A stretch of 45,065 nt of DNA from Octopus bimaculoides (Eukaryota), in NCBI RefSeq assembly GCF_001194135.2, contig NC_068982.1, forward strand, positions 160,697,100 to 160,742,164, given 5' to 3'. Within the stretch, counting starts at the first letter, position 1, and each line of letters opens with the position of its first letter. The notes under the pieces are model-generated. The model was not told the DNA's origin. It did no database searches and saw only the letters and a program-made list of their open reading frames with translations. Shown one piece after another: positions 11,847-24,408 of the stretch. The position numbers and the translations under genes are program-made.

Positions 11847-11890
11847 TATGTTCAGATTTATATATATATATATATATATATATTCTTCTA

Positions 11891-12260
11891 TTCTTTTACT
11901 TGTTTCAGTCATTTAACTGCGGTCATGCAGGAGCACCGCCTTTAGTCGAACACATCGAACTCTGGGCTTATTTTTTGTAAGCCAAGAACTTATTCTATTG
12001 GTGTCTTTTGCCGAACCGCTAAGTTAGGGAGACATAAACACACCAGCATCAGTTTTCAAGCGATAGTGGGGGAACAAGCATTAGACACACAAATACATAC
12101 ACACACACACACGACAGGACAATTTGAATTTCCGTCTACGTAATCAACTCACAAGGCTTTGGTCGGCCCGAGGCTATAGTAGAAGACATTTGCCTAAGGT
12201 GCCATGCAGTGGGACTGGACCCGGAACCGTGTGGTTAGTAAGTAAGCTCCTTACCGCACA
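11891..12260 (-). mobile_element. tRNA-derived SINE, near full length (same family as 44887-45065)
   Basis: Minus strand reads tgtgcggtaagg...ggttccgggtccagtcccactgcatggcacc..tcttctactatagcctcgggccgaccaaagcc, then an internal CA tract and tail. Confidence 0.85.
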
Positions 12261-12645
12261 TGAAACGAAGTAACCGTTTGTGAAGTGTTATTCGGCTTTA
12301 ATAGAATAAAATTATAAATAAATAAACAAATAAATAAATATATCTACAGACGCACGTACACACAAACACATACACATGTGTATGCGTGTGTGCACGCGCG
12401 TGTATGTGTGTGTACGCGTGCGTGTATGCGTGTGTGTGTGTGTGCGTGTGTGTTTAAAACAAGCATAAATTAATAGAAATACTCACAAACATTCACTCAT
12501 ATATAACATATGTATGTGTGCATGTATGGAAGAGAGTGTGTGAAAATCAACCGAATTTTACGTAGAAAATGTGTTTGATATAAATATACACATGTGTACA
12601 CATGTAACTAAATCGAACAATTATACATAAACGCAAACATATATC

Positions 12646-12676
<31 letters not shown>

Positions 12677-12735
12677 ATTTGTATATAACTATATATGCAC
12701 AAATATTTACATTATATGTACATATATGCGTATAT

Positions 12736-12771
<36 letters not shown>

Positions 12772-13358
12772 AATAACTAGCTGCATAAGCATTAGATGTA
12801 CATAGATCAAATTTCCTGTAATTGAGTATATGTGTTTGTGTCTTCCGATTTAGATAGAGTACATTTATAACCTAGATATCGTTGACTCTCGAATCTTTAA
12901 ATATTATATGACAAATGAAATGCTATGAACATTAATTGAACTTAATTGCATAAAATTACATTTGTTGTTATGTTATCTGTTTGGAAATCTCCCCGAGTTT
13001 GAAATTATTGTACATAATCAAATTAGATATCGTTCTCTTTGAAATTCTACCGAGCATTGTGAATTATAAAATTTATGTTAGTATATATGATTTCCATAGA
13101 CGCCAATTACTCATGATACAAGCAGACCAGTCGATCTTTTATTTGCTTCATTTTCATGCTGTCAGTAAAGACTTCAGAATGTCTCTTCTGGAATATAAAT
13201 ACAAAATAAACACAGATTTCCATAACTCAAACTAAAAAGAAAGAATTCAAATTCGAAATGCTTGAAAGTAGATAAATAAAATATTACTACTAACAGTACA
13301 AGACGTCCCCATTAGGGGACATCTTGTTAATCAATGTATGTGTTAATTACTATATTTT

Positions 13359-14112
13359 CGAATAGTAATTAAGACATCCATCTTAAATTGTGTGTGTTGT
13401 CTAGATCAGTGCTTCTCAAACAATCTGATGTAACGTACCGACAGTTTTTTTTTTCCAATGTGCCAGGGACCGGTAATATTTCTTAGTAATATTAATTTAT
13501 ACCGGAAACAATATATATAAGAAATGTAATAAAAGTTGACCATTTTTTTTAATCTTCTGTTTACTTTGTAAACAGATAATACAGTATTACGTAAACATTT
13601 TAAAATCATTTTATGTTTTTTTCTTTTCTGGAAACTTGTGTACCGGCAGCTGATGGCTCGCGGACCAGCACCGGTCCGCGGACCATCACTTTGAGTAGCA
13701 ACTGGTCTAGATAACTTTAAACTGCTACTAATGTCCAGAGATACTTTCTCATATTGTCGACACAAGCTCTTTAAGCACTGACTATATCGTCTGATGAAAT
13801 GATTCTCTTCACCGATGGACGGCATTGATGTTTTATGTGATTTCACCATTTCTGATCAACAGCGGCAGCCCAGCCTTACACCGAATACAAGAAAGAATAT
13901 CAGTCGAGTTGCTATAGTATAATTATTACCAAACATGTAATGATGTCTGTAGAGCCTGTGGGCCACGAATGACTTAGCTATTAGCGATTGCAACAGTATT
14001 TGTTCAAAAGCACGTGTCGACAACATGAGATGGTATCTCTGGACGTTAACAGCACTTTTAGGTGATTTAGACAACGCATCCAATTTACGTTGGATGTGCT
14101 AATTATTATTCG
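13359..14112. repeat. Long imperfect inverted repeat (arms 13359-13763, interrupted by a MITE, and 14014-14112)
   Basis: After removing the MITE and one TSD, the left arm reverse-complemented aligns to the right arm over ~100 bp at roughly 80%. Confidence 0.85.
13407..13704. mobile_element. hAT (Charlie-type) MITE, 298 bp
   Basis: TIRs CAGTGCTTCTCAAA / TTGAGTAGCAACTG; perfect 8-bp TSD GTCTAGAT (13399-13406 and 13705-13712), matching the NTCTAGAN preference; subterminal GGTCCGCGG repeats. Confidence 0.9.
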
Positions 14113-16650
14113 TTACAAATACTGCTTGCTGTCACTAACAGCAAGTATATTTTTCATAAACTGCCAATAGGTCTACCTTATGCCTGTGACTCATACACCG
14201 AAAGCTTGCTGGCATGGTGACAGATATCACAATTTTATAAATTGGTAGACTGGCTGAAGAAATCTAACATCAGCAAGCAAGCCATAGTTTCATATGTAAC
14301 AAATGTTTCCTTAGATTACTTTTTTTAGCTTAAATGTCTCTACATAACCCATAGTGAAACGGTACTGCTTAATAACTTTAAGATAGTAATCTTAAATCAG
14401 GTTTTCAGAGATGTTTAATCACATTCCAAAACTTAGTGTCATAAAATTATCAGTCTTGAATGTCAAGTACGTTACTAAATATCATAAGACATTTTGTCCA
14501 CAACACTACCGAATCGAGTGTGCAATCCACTGCCCTACACAGAGCATCAACATGCTTGTATTACCGTAACAGTTTGTAATTCAATATTTGGGACGTATAC
14601 AAATGCAACATAGGTATTAGTGCAGTAGTGTGCGGTATATTGCTTGATGATGGCGCTATCGAAACGTTGTGTATGGAGAAAGTAAGTACTTATTTCAATG
14701 TGTCTAATTCCATTATGAAATGCAGTTTCAATTCTTTTTCCCGGAATTTATTTGTTTCGCCTGGTTTCACATTTGAGTAGGAATATTGTCAACTACTTGA
14801 CAATGAATGAAAAATTGCTACCGTTGGTTTTGATAAGGTTATTTTTTTAACTTCTCTTGAAAAATATTACGCCATCAGCAGACTACTGCATAATTACTGC
14901 TAGATTTCTGTTCTCACAGAAGCTTTTTAGCATGTTTTGCTTCTGTAATTTTTTTGGAATAGATAAAACTATCATATTCACAATTATTACTAAATATGTT
15001 TCATCTTTGCAGAGCTTTTAGATGTTGAAGATAATACCTATATTAACGTTATCGAAAGAGAATTTGTTTATATTCTGGTCACTTTCTGGGAGTAGACCCT
15101 GACAAAGAGTGATTTTTCTCTTTGCCAGAGCTCTCGGACTTATGTTGAATATTTCTTTAGATGATAGTTCAAAGTGTTCTTAACTGTTATAGTAAACGTG
15201 GCTACAATATTTTCTATTTTTATTGCAATATAATTTATTGACTCATTTACATATGATGTTGATATTGCTTTTCTCATGCCATTTCTGATTACTAAAATCT
15301 CAAATCAAATGGATTCTATCAGTGACCAGCATGCCTTTTTAGGGAGCGTTTGTGACTACATTATCTAATGTACTTTTCCTGTTTTATAGTGATATGGAAA
15401 TAATTAGAGGAAATTTGGTTGCTATTTCTAGCAGGTGAGGTGACCATGCGGAGCCTCCCTTGAGTGTTCTCAGAAGTTGTCAGTCTCACCGGCATGTAAT
15501 GCGCAAACTGATCCCAAAGATTGCTAATTTCTATAGAGTCGTAAACTGATATCCCCCACACCCTATTGAATCAGTCACCTGGCATTCAATTTATAATGAC
15601 CTACTCTATAATCAATAATGTTTTATTTCAAATAGACTGAGAAACGTCAGTTCCGTTCATTGTATATGTTTGTATGAAATTCAATGGGAAGAAAATAAAT
15701 CACTAATACTATGACAGCTGATGGAGCCGATGTTGAATTCGCTATGAATATACTTTACCGAATTGAATTGTAATTTTAAATCTACGATGAGTAGAGTTCG
15801 AAACTTTTCTTATATCAGTTCCTTTGTCACATAATGCAACTATATCAAGAATGTACATTCACAGACAATAAGGCATTTTACTTATAGTAAATCGTATATG
15901 TCAGAAACGTCAACTTTCTGGAAATTCATGTATAGTCTACGGAAATCGACATATATCTTCTAAAGCATAAAAGAGAATCTAATTATTTCTACAAAACTAT
16001 TTTCCTTCGTTTTACGGAACCTAAGATGAATTAAAGTCAATGTAATTTTAGTTAGGATATCTTCAACGTTGACTCTTCACAAACCTAAAGTACATATGTA
16101 GTATTTATTTAGTAATCTCAGTGGATGAAAGTAGAAGATCAAAGTAGATTTATATTCAGAAGTGTAATGCATGTATTTTGGTAATTTACCGCTCCTAGCC
16201 TACCATCGCTTTTCCTTAGCAGACTAATTTTCTTATGCATACATTAGCTTACACGTGTCTACATATTGCTACCGTTGGTTTTGATGTGTTCACACGAGTA
16301 ATGCAATTAGAAGTCAGAATCTAAATAGATATCAGAAAAGTTGTCTTTAATTTTCCAGTTGGTGCAAATATTCATTTAACTTAAATACGGTCGAAACTAA
16401 AGTTGTGTAAATTAATTACCTCAAATTAATTACTACAGAAGCGTCATATAAGGCATCCTCTAGAATTTGAACGCACTTGCGTACATGTAATCAAAAATAG
16501 TTGAACAAAAGTAATTATTAAAGGAAGATTAGAAAAATACCACTTTATGACTACATTAGAATAACCCTTACCAAACTGATAATGAAATTTACTAACAATG
16601 GAAGTGATGACTATGGAACAAACGTTTTTCTAATAATGGTAAACACCTAC

Positions 16651-17030
16651 CTACACAGACTACTTTGAAATCGCTGCCCTTGAAAGTACAGTCCTGAAAG
16701 GTGTATTTGGTTAAGATGGATGTAGTACCCTCAGCTATTCTATCAACATAAATATGATATCTAAGTTTTTGCATACTTTGTGTACTTACTACATATATCA
16801 ATCCAAATTTCACAAAGTCAAAACTAATTACAATTCTTGCTACGGTGATGAAAAGAACAGAAAGAGCTATTAGAAGATCAGTGAAACGGAAGTCTACTAC
16901 CACTGTACTCTAAATATGAGTTTGAATATCCTTGTAGTTTTGGAAACGATTTTCGAAATAAATACTTACAGTTTTTGACAACACAATCTGCACCGGTGTA
17001 TCAGTTTTACAAAAGCAATGTAATACGAGT
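16651..17030 (-). CDS. Putative three-exon coding chain of unknown product (17030-16970, 16909-16790, 16693-16651)
   Basis: GT(A/R)AGT..AG introns of 60 and 96 nt, phase-compatible open frame with a hydrophobic stretch. No homology recognised. Confidence 0.2.
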
Positions 17031-18382
17031 CTACATATTGAACAAAGTAGAGTTGAAAGCAGGTTCTACTGAAATTTTAAGACTCTATAACGCATAGAAC
17101 AACACAACTATGTCATGAACTAACACAGTATTTTGCAAATAACGCACAAACCCCAGATCGGGCAGAAGACGAACTATACGTATAACAGCCTATGAATTTC
17201 TGGAAGTAATCATAAATAGAAAACTAGTTGAACACTACATATTAGAAGAAAGGAGCATGGGAAGTTCTTATATGGGAAGAAAACATCAAACATGTCGGAC
17301 GGACTGAACCTATATCATGAGCAAAAATATATACCGCTAAGAAATATACATAATTTATTATGCATCGCAGTGGAAACACAGAAAAATCAAAGAAAATATA
17401 AATATATACCTGGTAAAGCACTGAAACAGTTAGTCCGACACTGGTATCAGTTTGTCATCGCTGTATTTACTGAAAAATAATATTACATAACCTAAAAGAC
17501 TAAAGAATTACTTTTATAGGCGAAAGTGACCGTATTTCGAAATAAGAAATCCTAATTTCCAGCGCAATCTTGTACCATTCACACAGCCAAGTATAAGATA
17601 CCGACCAAAACATAAAATTGATGTGAACGAAAAATAAATGTTTGTTCCGAAAATGTTAGTATTATGATTGTATTCCCAATAAATCCTCTCAGACACATTT
17701 TTAAACTACATGATAAATTCAATTTGCCACATTTGATATATATATATATATATATCATCGCTGCTGTACCTCTGTATAAATATTTTCTTCTTGACAAAGC
17801 TTTTCAGATGCAACAAATTTATTATTTGCTCTTTGCAAATAAAAACAGCTTAACAACAAATGTTCAAAATGTGTTCACGAACGTATTAAAATGATTTGCA
17901 TAGCTTTAGTTTAATCAGGACTGCTTATTGTTTCTTTAATTAACTATTTAGATATTTCTGAAAAATTCAGGTGACAGTTCCTGTCAGGCTTTGATTTTAT
18001 TCTAATACCCTCAGAATTAATATTCATAGATGCAGAGTTCTTTATAATAAAAAAAATCAGCCATATAAGACATGTATCCGTTTAGTAAAATAATATTTTT
18101 CGTATTCTTTCGAGAATATTTACTTTAACGCAGAGTAGATTTTATACATACACACAGAGGATTTCATTAAATTTTCGTATTGCTAAGGCGCCTAAATTTC
18201 ACTTCTAAAATGAGTTGCATTTAACAAGGAGCCTGGCTCACGGTGATAGATTATGAGCTATTAGCATACTAGGTTGGGTGCATTTAATCAAATATTGCTT
18301 CCCAGTATTGAGCTTATCATTGTTGCTTCGTAGTTCACATGTCACAGTGCTCGGTATTATTTTTATCGCTGTCATATACAAG

Positions 18383-18620
18383 TATTGGTTTCAAATTTTT
18401 GCAATTTTGGTAGAGGGGGGGTAGACAATTACCTCGGCCTCCATGCTGAGCTAGTATTTATTTTGTCGACCTTGAACTGATGAATGAAAAACTGACCTCG
18501 AATCGATGAAAGTGAAAATCGACCTCAGTGGAATTTGAACTCATAACGTCTTTAAGTTATGAGTTCAAATTCCGCTTAGTATTTTCCTCTGCCTGCTAAC
18601 AGTTCTGCCATCTTCAGGCC
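18383..18620 (-). mobile_element. tRNA-derived SINE, decayed, with an internal inverted duplication
   Basis: Homologous to 3051-3243; gacctc..ggaatttgaactc is the B-box region on the minus strand. Confidence 0.75.
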
Positions 18621-20433
18621 CTGTTACATACAAATATTAGTAGCAGCACAATTTTGGGATTATGCAAGGACACTATTCCTACCTTTTAACAACTGTACCA
18701 ACGTCACAAGTTGAAGATATTCTCTTCATGCTTGCTCAGTCTGCTATTAAAATCTTCCACATATCCGCGTGGCAAACCCCATTATCTTAATAACAGGATG
18801 ATATATCAACTAATATGCTACTAGAAATATGTACATCCCTTGATCGTCTTTAATCATAGGTCTTTAGTCATAGTACTGATTTGGGGTTAAGCAATAACAA
18901 AGTGTTTCATAATGAAAAATTGTGAAATTTAGAATACTTTTCTAATCAAATGAAACTTGTTTTTTTCAAATAACACCAGACACATTTCACTCTGCAATGG
19001 TGTCTGTCCTGCCCGACGACAGTTTCTGCCTGAAACATTATGATTCTGCCAGACCTTACAGAAAAAATAATTTACCCATATTTACAAACGATCTCGAATT
19101 ACTGTGACGCAATCACCAGCTTCTTCCGATTCTCCTGTTTAACGCAATATTTTTGAATGTTAAAATATATTTAATTCTTTGAAACGAAATAGCAGTTGAA
19201 TATTCACAATATGTTAAGCATTATATTTATAACGTTTAACTGGTTTGAAAGGGCAATCAGTAAAGTAACGGATAAAATTCTTTGCAGTATTCCTTTAAGC
19301 TATGAATTCAAATTTTGTAAAGTTCGATTTTGCCTTTTACCCATCAGACGACAGCATAAGTAACAGATAAGAAATAGGTTGTATCTAATCGAAATTGCGC
19401 CTTGATACAAATCAATACGTAATTCAAATATAAAGAGTCTACTATGTTTTGTTCTTATATGAACGATGTTATATGTATGAAATAGGTATGATATATTGTT
19501 GCTGTTCTTGTTGATTGTATTTAGCCCCAAGACATCTCTGGTCAATCAAATCTCTCATGAAAACGTTCCAGCGATGACCAGCCTTTATTCTCGAAATATC
19601 AAATTGTCTTCACGAATAATTATAGAATAATGCGCATTTTGTTCGATGCACCTTCAGTTATCTGAATAATTAATATCTTACATGTGAGTGTGAAGCGAGG
19701 AAGAAGATTGTAAAGTGAAGAGTAATAAAATTACTTTCAACGACATTAATATAATAGGAAGTTTCATTTAGTTTTATAGAATCTATTGTTATCATCCCAA
19801 AGGGATATATCCATCTTGCTGTATGAAATACGACAGAATATTTCAGCATTCCCAATCATGAGAAAACACAATAATATTGAGGTTTTTGCATGAAGGCAGG
19901 AAAGGAATTCTTATAAATGTATTCATGACATAATTCTTATTAAAATATAGATAGTTCTATTCCATAGTTTCCCAAATCAATATGAAATCCGTTCGTTTGT
20001 TCTTGCTCCCATCCAGAAATATACGGAACAAGTTAGCATAAAACAAGCTGTATTCTTCACTTATACATTTGAAGAAGCTTACTTTGATGCAGAATACTAA
20101 TCAGGAAAGGACAATTCGTATAAAATGAAATGCACTACTTATAAGTTTCATACAGCAATTACTATATTTGCCCTTGATTGCAACACAGTAGCTCTACAGT
20201 GCAGAAATTGAGCATGGAAATTTTGAAAATTTGGCAAAATCATTCAAGATCGAGCTCCGCCACTTCATATTATGAGTTCAAGGTTCATCCTCCAATGTCA
20301 TATATAAAAGGACCAGTTAACGGATAAATCAATTTGTTCTTCAAGGCACTGTGGCTTTAAAATGGGCACTTCGACGTTACTTCCGTTTTCGTTCTTCCAG
20401 CTCTGTAACCAATCTCTGATCTTTCTTGTACAG

Positions 20434-20700
20434 CCCGTTCCCTCCGTCAAAAGAGACAAAATCTTCCGGAGCCTTTTGATTAGATCTTTGAACTGGTATT
20501 AGGTAAATATATTCAATTATCCTAGTCACAGATTCCACATTTGTCCCTAAATCTCAAGCACCAAAGCCAAGTGTGACCTGAAATCTGAGTACCATGCCAC
20601 TCAAACTTAGCTATACCTCATCCACCGCATTATAAAAAAATACTTAGTATATTAGTTTAAAAAGATATTGTATAGGAAGAATGGTTCAACGAGCAACTGA
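20434..20700 (+). mobile_element. Possible very old LINE RT fragment
   Basis: SVKRDKIFRSLLIRSLNW loosely resembles the KxLGVxxDxxLxW thumb motif. Weak. Confidence 0.2.
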
Positions 20701-21452
20701 TTGGTTTTGCAACAAAAGTCAAGGAGTCTGTAAGCCTAAGGACAAAAATTTCTATTCATGTGGCCATTATATTGGCCACCTCACATTATTCGGAGTTCTC
20801 GCATACCAAGCACCCTCGTATACACGTAAGCATAGAAGTTTAACGAGTCTCAAGAATTCTTCTGTTAACATCGTTTTCCACTGGTTACAGCCCTTACCCT
20901 ACCCTTATATTTTTCTCCACCTTCTTCCAACCTATATCCTATGCACCATCTTAAACATATTTTTTCCCTCCAATTTATTGAGCTCAATTCAAAATAAAAA
21001 TAGTCTGTTGGTCGATATGGATAATCACGCTCTGCTTTAGAATTATCTTGTTAAGAACTTCCTATGTTAAGAGAAAGTTTAAATTGAATGCGGTTGTGAA
21101 GTTATGTTCAGACAATGAAACAGAGATAATTTTTTTATTAAGATGAGAGTAATTTTATTCGAATATAATCTAATTTTCATCGAAAAGTTACCCCCCACCA
21201 CGATCTTAACTGTTACACCATTTTTTCCTTTTAAGAAACTGTTGTTGAATTTGTTGGCAAAAGTGAATAGTGTTATCAGCTTGATAAAATGTAATATTTT
21301 TAAATAATTTCTTTTTTAGTAGCACCGTTTCTAAAATACAACATACTTGACTTTTGCAAACTAGTAGCAGTGTAGCACAAAATATTCGTAGGTTTGTGAG
21401 GGAGCCTGTTTATGTATGTAAATATGTATATATATATATGTATACATATGTA

Positions 21453-21453
<1 letters not shown>

Positions 21454-21519
<66 letters not shown>
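21454..21519. repeat. (AT)n microsatellite
   Basis: Directly visible. Confidence 0.95.
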
Positions 21520-21527
<8 letters not shown>

Positions 21528-21575
21528 ACAATCACTTTGCGAGGTACTGTCTACATAGAACAGTACTTAATTATA

Positions 21576-22836
21576 AGGGAGACCGGTCTAGTTGTTACAT
21601 TTTTTTTTTGCCTTTGCACCCACATAAAGGAACACAGCTGAAGTTCTTTATAGATTTAATTAGTAAAACATCTCTTTATTGTTATCACCAGCAAAAAACA
21701 CAAATTACATAACATTAATTAGACAGGTCCTAATTAATGAGATCGTGTCAGCTGTGACTATTTTCCCCGAGTGCGGGGTACGTTGTGACACTTGCTTGGG
21801 GTAATTTGTTACAACTGTCGATAACTCGGAATTATGTTAACAAGTTTAAAATGAATACGTCTCCTGCTTCTTGCATCTAGGAAGTATTATTTTAATTAAT
21901 TAACTGTGCTTTGAACCACCTCATATCCTAACTGTGAAACTGAGAGTCCTCATCAGCCAATTTCCCCATTGATACATGTACCATCTAGTCAGAATCGTCC
22001 TCCATTAATTTCTCACCACACAGATCACACAGAAAGTCCTCTCATCCATCGGTACAGTCAGCGCGTGCCCAGTCTTTACAGATCATGCATTGCACCCATT
22101 CTTCACCTGGAAGGGAGTTGGAATACCAATCTGAGCAGACAAGCCATTCCTATTCGGCGACTTGCTTGCTGCGAGGCTGCTTCCCTTTGCCTTTACCTGT
22201 TTTAGTTGATTTTCCCTTCCTCTTTGTTGCCTTTTCTGTACCAGTTCCCTTTGGTTTGGATTTCCGTTCGTTTATTTCATCTACTATGCGCTGTTTTACG
22301 GCAACATCCCGTAATGATTTCTTTTCATCCACAACTTTTCTGGCGGCTCTTTCCATGACATCAGGAGGGGTATCCCCCCCCCGCGCCTTGTAGTCTTTCT
22401 TTTGTAATTTCTAGGCATGGTGTGTTAAACTGAAATAGAAGGGTTAAGTTGTTACATGCCTGGGGTAAGTTGGTACACGACCATGGTCCCCGACCATGGA
22501 TTTCTGGTGATTACATCGTACACAGCACTAGCAATTCATGGCATCCAGGACACACATTCATGTATCGAAGGCATCTTCCAACACTTCCTAATGAACCACA
22601 AACTACTTCAGTAACACCACTTGTGCTTTAATAGTTAAGGAAATAACTTTGCGGCAAATCTTCACTTTCGGAGTAAAAAATTGTTTTTTGAGCCATACCA
22701 TTCCTGGTGACAGCCCGCAAGTGCAATCATGATGCTATGGAGTTGGTCTTTACGAGGTAGAAATCTGAGTGCCACCTATTTCTTGAAGTTGGAAACAATT
22801 GGCTTATAACATGTAACAACTACACCAGGTCTCCCC
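21576..22836 (-). mobile_element. Internally deleted pogo-like (Tc1/mariner superfamily) DNA transposon
   Basis: ~25-bp TIRs (a/g)GGGAGACC(T)GGT(c/g)TAGTTGTTACAT, TA on both sides; N-terminal MPRNYKRKT..PDVMERAARKVV..SLRDVA (psq-like HTH); C-terminal PHD-like WLVCSDWY..EEWVQCMICKDWARADC..FLCDLC; subterminal GGGGTAAGTTGTTACA-like repeats. Confidence 0.88.
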
Positions 22837-23528
22837 TACATATTGAGTATATAAATCATATATGTATGTGTGCGCACGTGTGTGTGTCGAGATACGAATA
22901 TAAAATACTAGGAATTATGAGAGGTACAAAGTAGGATTGTTGACGTATAAATTTGTCCGACCACTGCTTCCTGTTTTCAAACTATTCGACTCCAAATAAG
23001 AGCGCGTGATAATTGTAGGAAGATGCAAGTCAATCATTTTTTGAAAGAGATGTAATGAGTAATTAACAGCTGTCAATTAACCGTCAATCACTTAATTATG
23101 ACAGGGATTTAGTAACATCAACCAGTGCCCTGTGACTTTTATCCCAAGCATAATATCACTTAGATATTAAATGAAAATAGGAAATTATGTTTCATAGTTC
23201 CATAGTTCCACACATACATTGACACTAAATATTTATATTCTAGATGAAATATATGCATATCGAACAGCCAATTACACTGTTAGAAAATGTCTTCAACTTT
23301 CGATGAGTGGCTACAATATCAAAAGAACGCGATCTGGATGGCTACCAATTGTTCGCATGGTGGCCTCATTTTAACATCATAAGTGAGCCAAATTACTAAA
23401 CAATTTCATGGTTTTCTTATGAAGAGATCATTCGTTTTTTTGAGCTTCATTTTGAATGGGGTTATGCCATGCAGGAAATGACATATATGTACATATACAT
23501 ACATATATGTATATATATATATATATAT

Positions 23529-23815
23529 NNNNNNNNNNNNNNNNNNNNNNNNNNNNNNNNNNNNNNNNNNNNNNNNNNNNNNNNNNNNNNNNNNNNNNNN
23601 NNNNNNNNNNNNNNNNNNNNNNNNNNNNNNNNNNNNNNNNNNNNNNNNNNNNNNNNNNNNNNNNNNNNNNNNNNNNNNNNNNNNNNNNNNNNNNNNNNNN
23701 NNNNNNNNNNNNNNNNNNNNNNNNNNNNNNNNNNNNNNNNNNNNNNNNNNNNNNNNNNNNNNNNNNNNNNNNNNNNNNNNNNNNNNNNNNNNNNNNNNNN
23801 NNNNNNNNNNNNNNN
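23529..23815. other. Assembly gap (N run), followed by (TATG)n
   Basis: N run. Confidence 1.
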
Positions 23816-23818
23816 ATA

Positions 23819-23854
<36 letters not shown>

Positions 23855-23868
23855 TGTATGTATGTATG

Positions 23869-23899
<31 letters not shown>

Positions 23900-23924
23900 T
23901 ATGTTTACACAAACACACACATAG

Positions 23925-24408
23925 GTGCTTTTGTAACAGAAAATGTTCTGCTCGTTGCTAAGAGTTGTTTAAACTCTTATTTCTAATAATGCTGGTGTTT
24001 ACTTTCACACTTAGTCACTTTTAGTGACGTTTGTACTTGTGCCTTTTGGTTTTAGATTGCATCTAGCCAGATCCATATTTTATAATTATCACTTTATCAT
24101 TTTACCGAATCAGCAAATTATTCGGATGATATTTTTTACAAACTATCAAAGCGTTTTAGATTTAACCCTAGGCTACATAGTAGCATTTCCGATGAGGATT
24201 AATTTGATCCAAAATCAAAGTGATATGGCGCCCTCGTTTACATAGAAGGCTTGTCTCCCTTGTCAGTCGATAGATAAGTGCTTTTGTAACAGAAAATTTG
24301 TGGCTAAGAGTTGTTTTTACTATTTTTTCTAGCAATGCTGGCGCTTATTTGAACCCTTAGTCACTTTTAATGATATTTGTACTTGTGCCTTTAAATTGCA
24401 ACTAGCCA
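23925..24408 (+). repeat. ~140-bp diverged direct repeat (23925-24069 and 24278-24408)
   Basis: gtgcttttgtaacagaaaat..gctaagagttgttt..ttagtcactttta..tttgtacttgtgcc..ctagcca occurs in both copies. Confidence 0.85.

Noticed and set aside
13792-13858. CTGATGA...CTGA as a snoRNA or hammerhead
   Set aside because: No terminal stem, no C'/D' boxes and no stem II-GAAA.
14640-14690. TTGATGA..GAAACGTTGTG hammerhead-like string, overlapping a GTAAGT donor
   Set aside because: Core and stem II overlap incompatibly and there is no stem I; the exon reading lacks a good acceptor.
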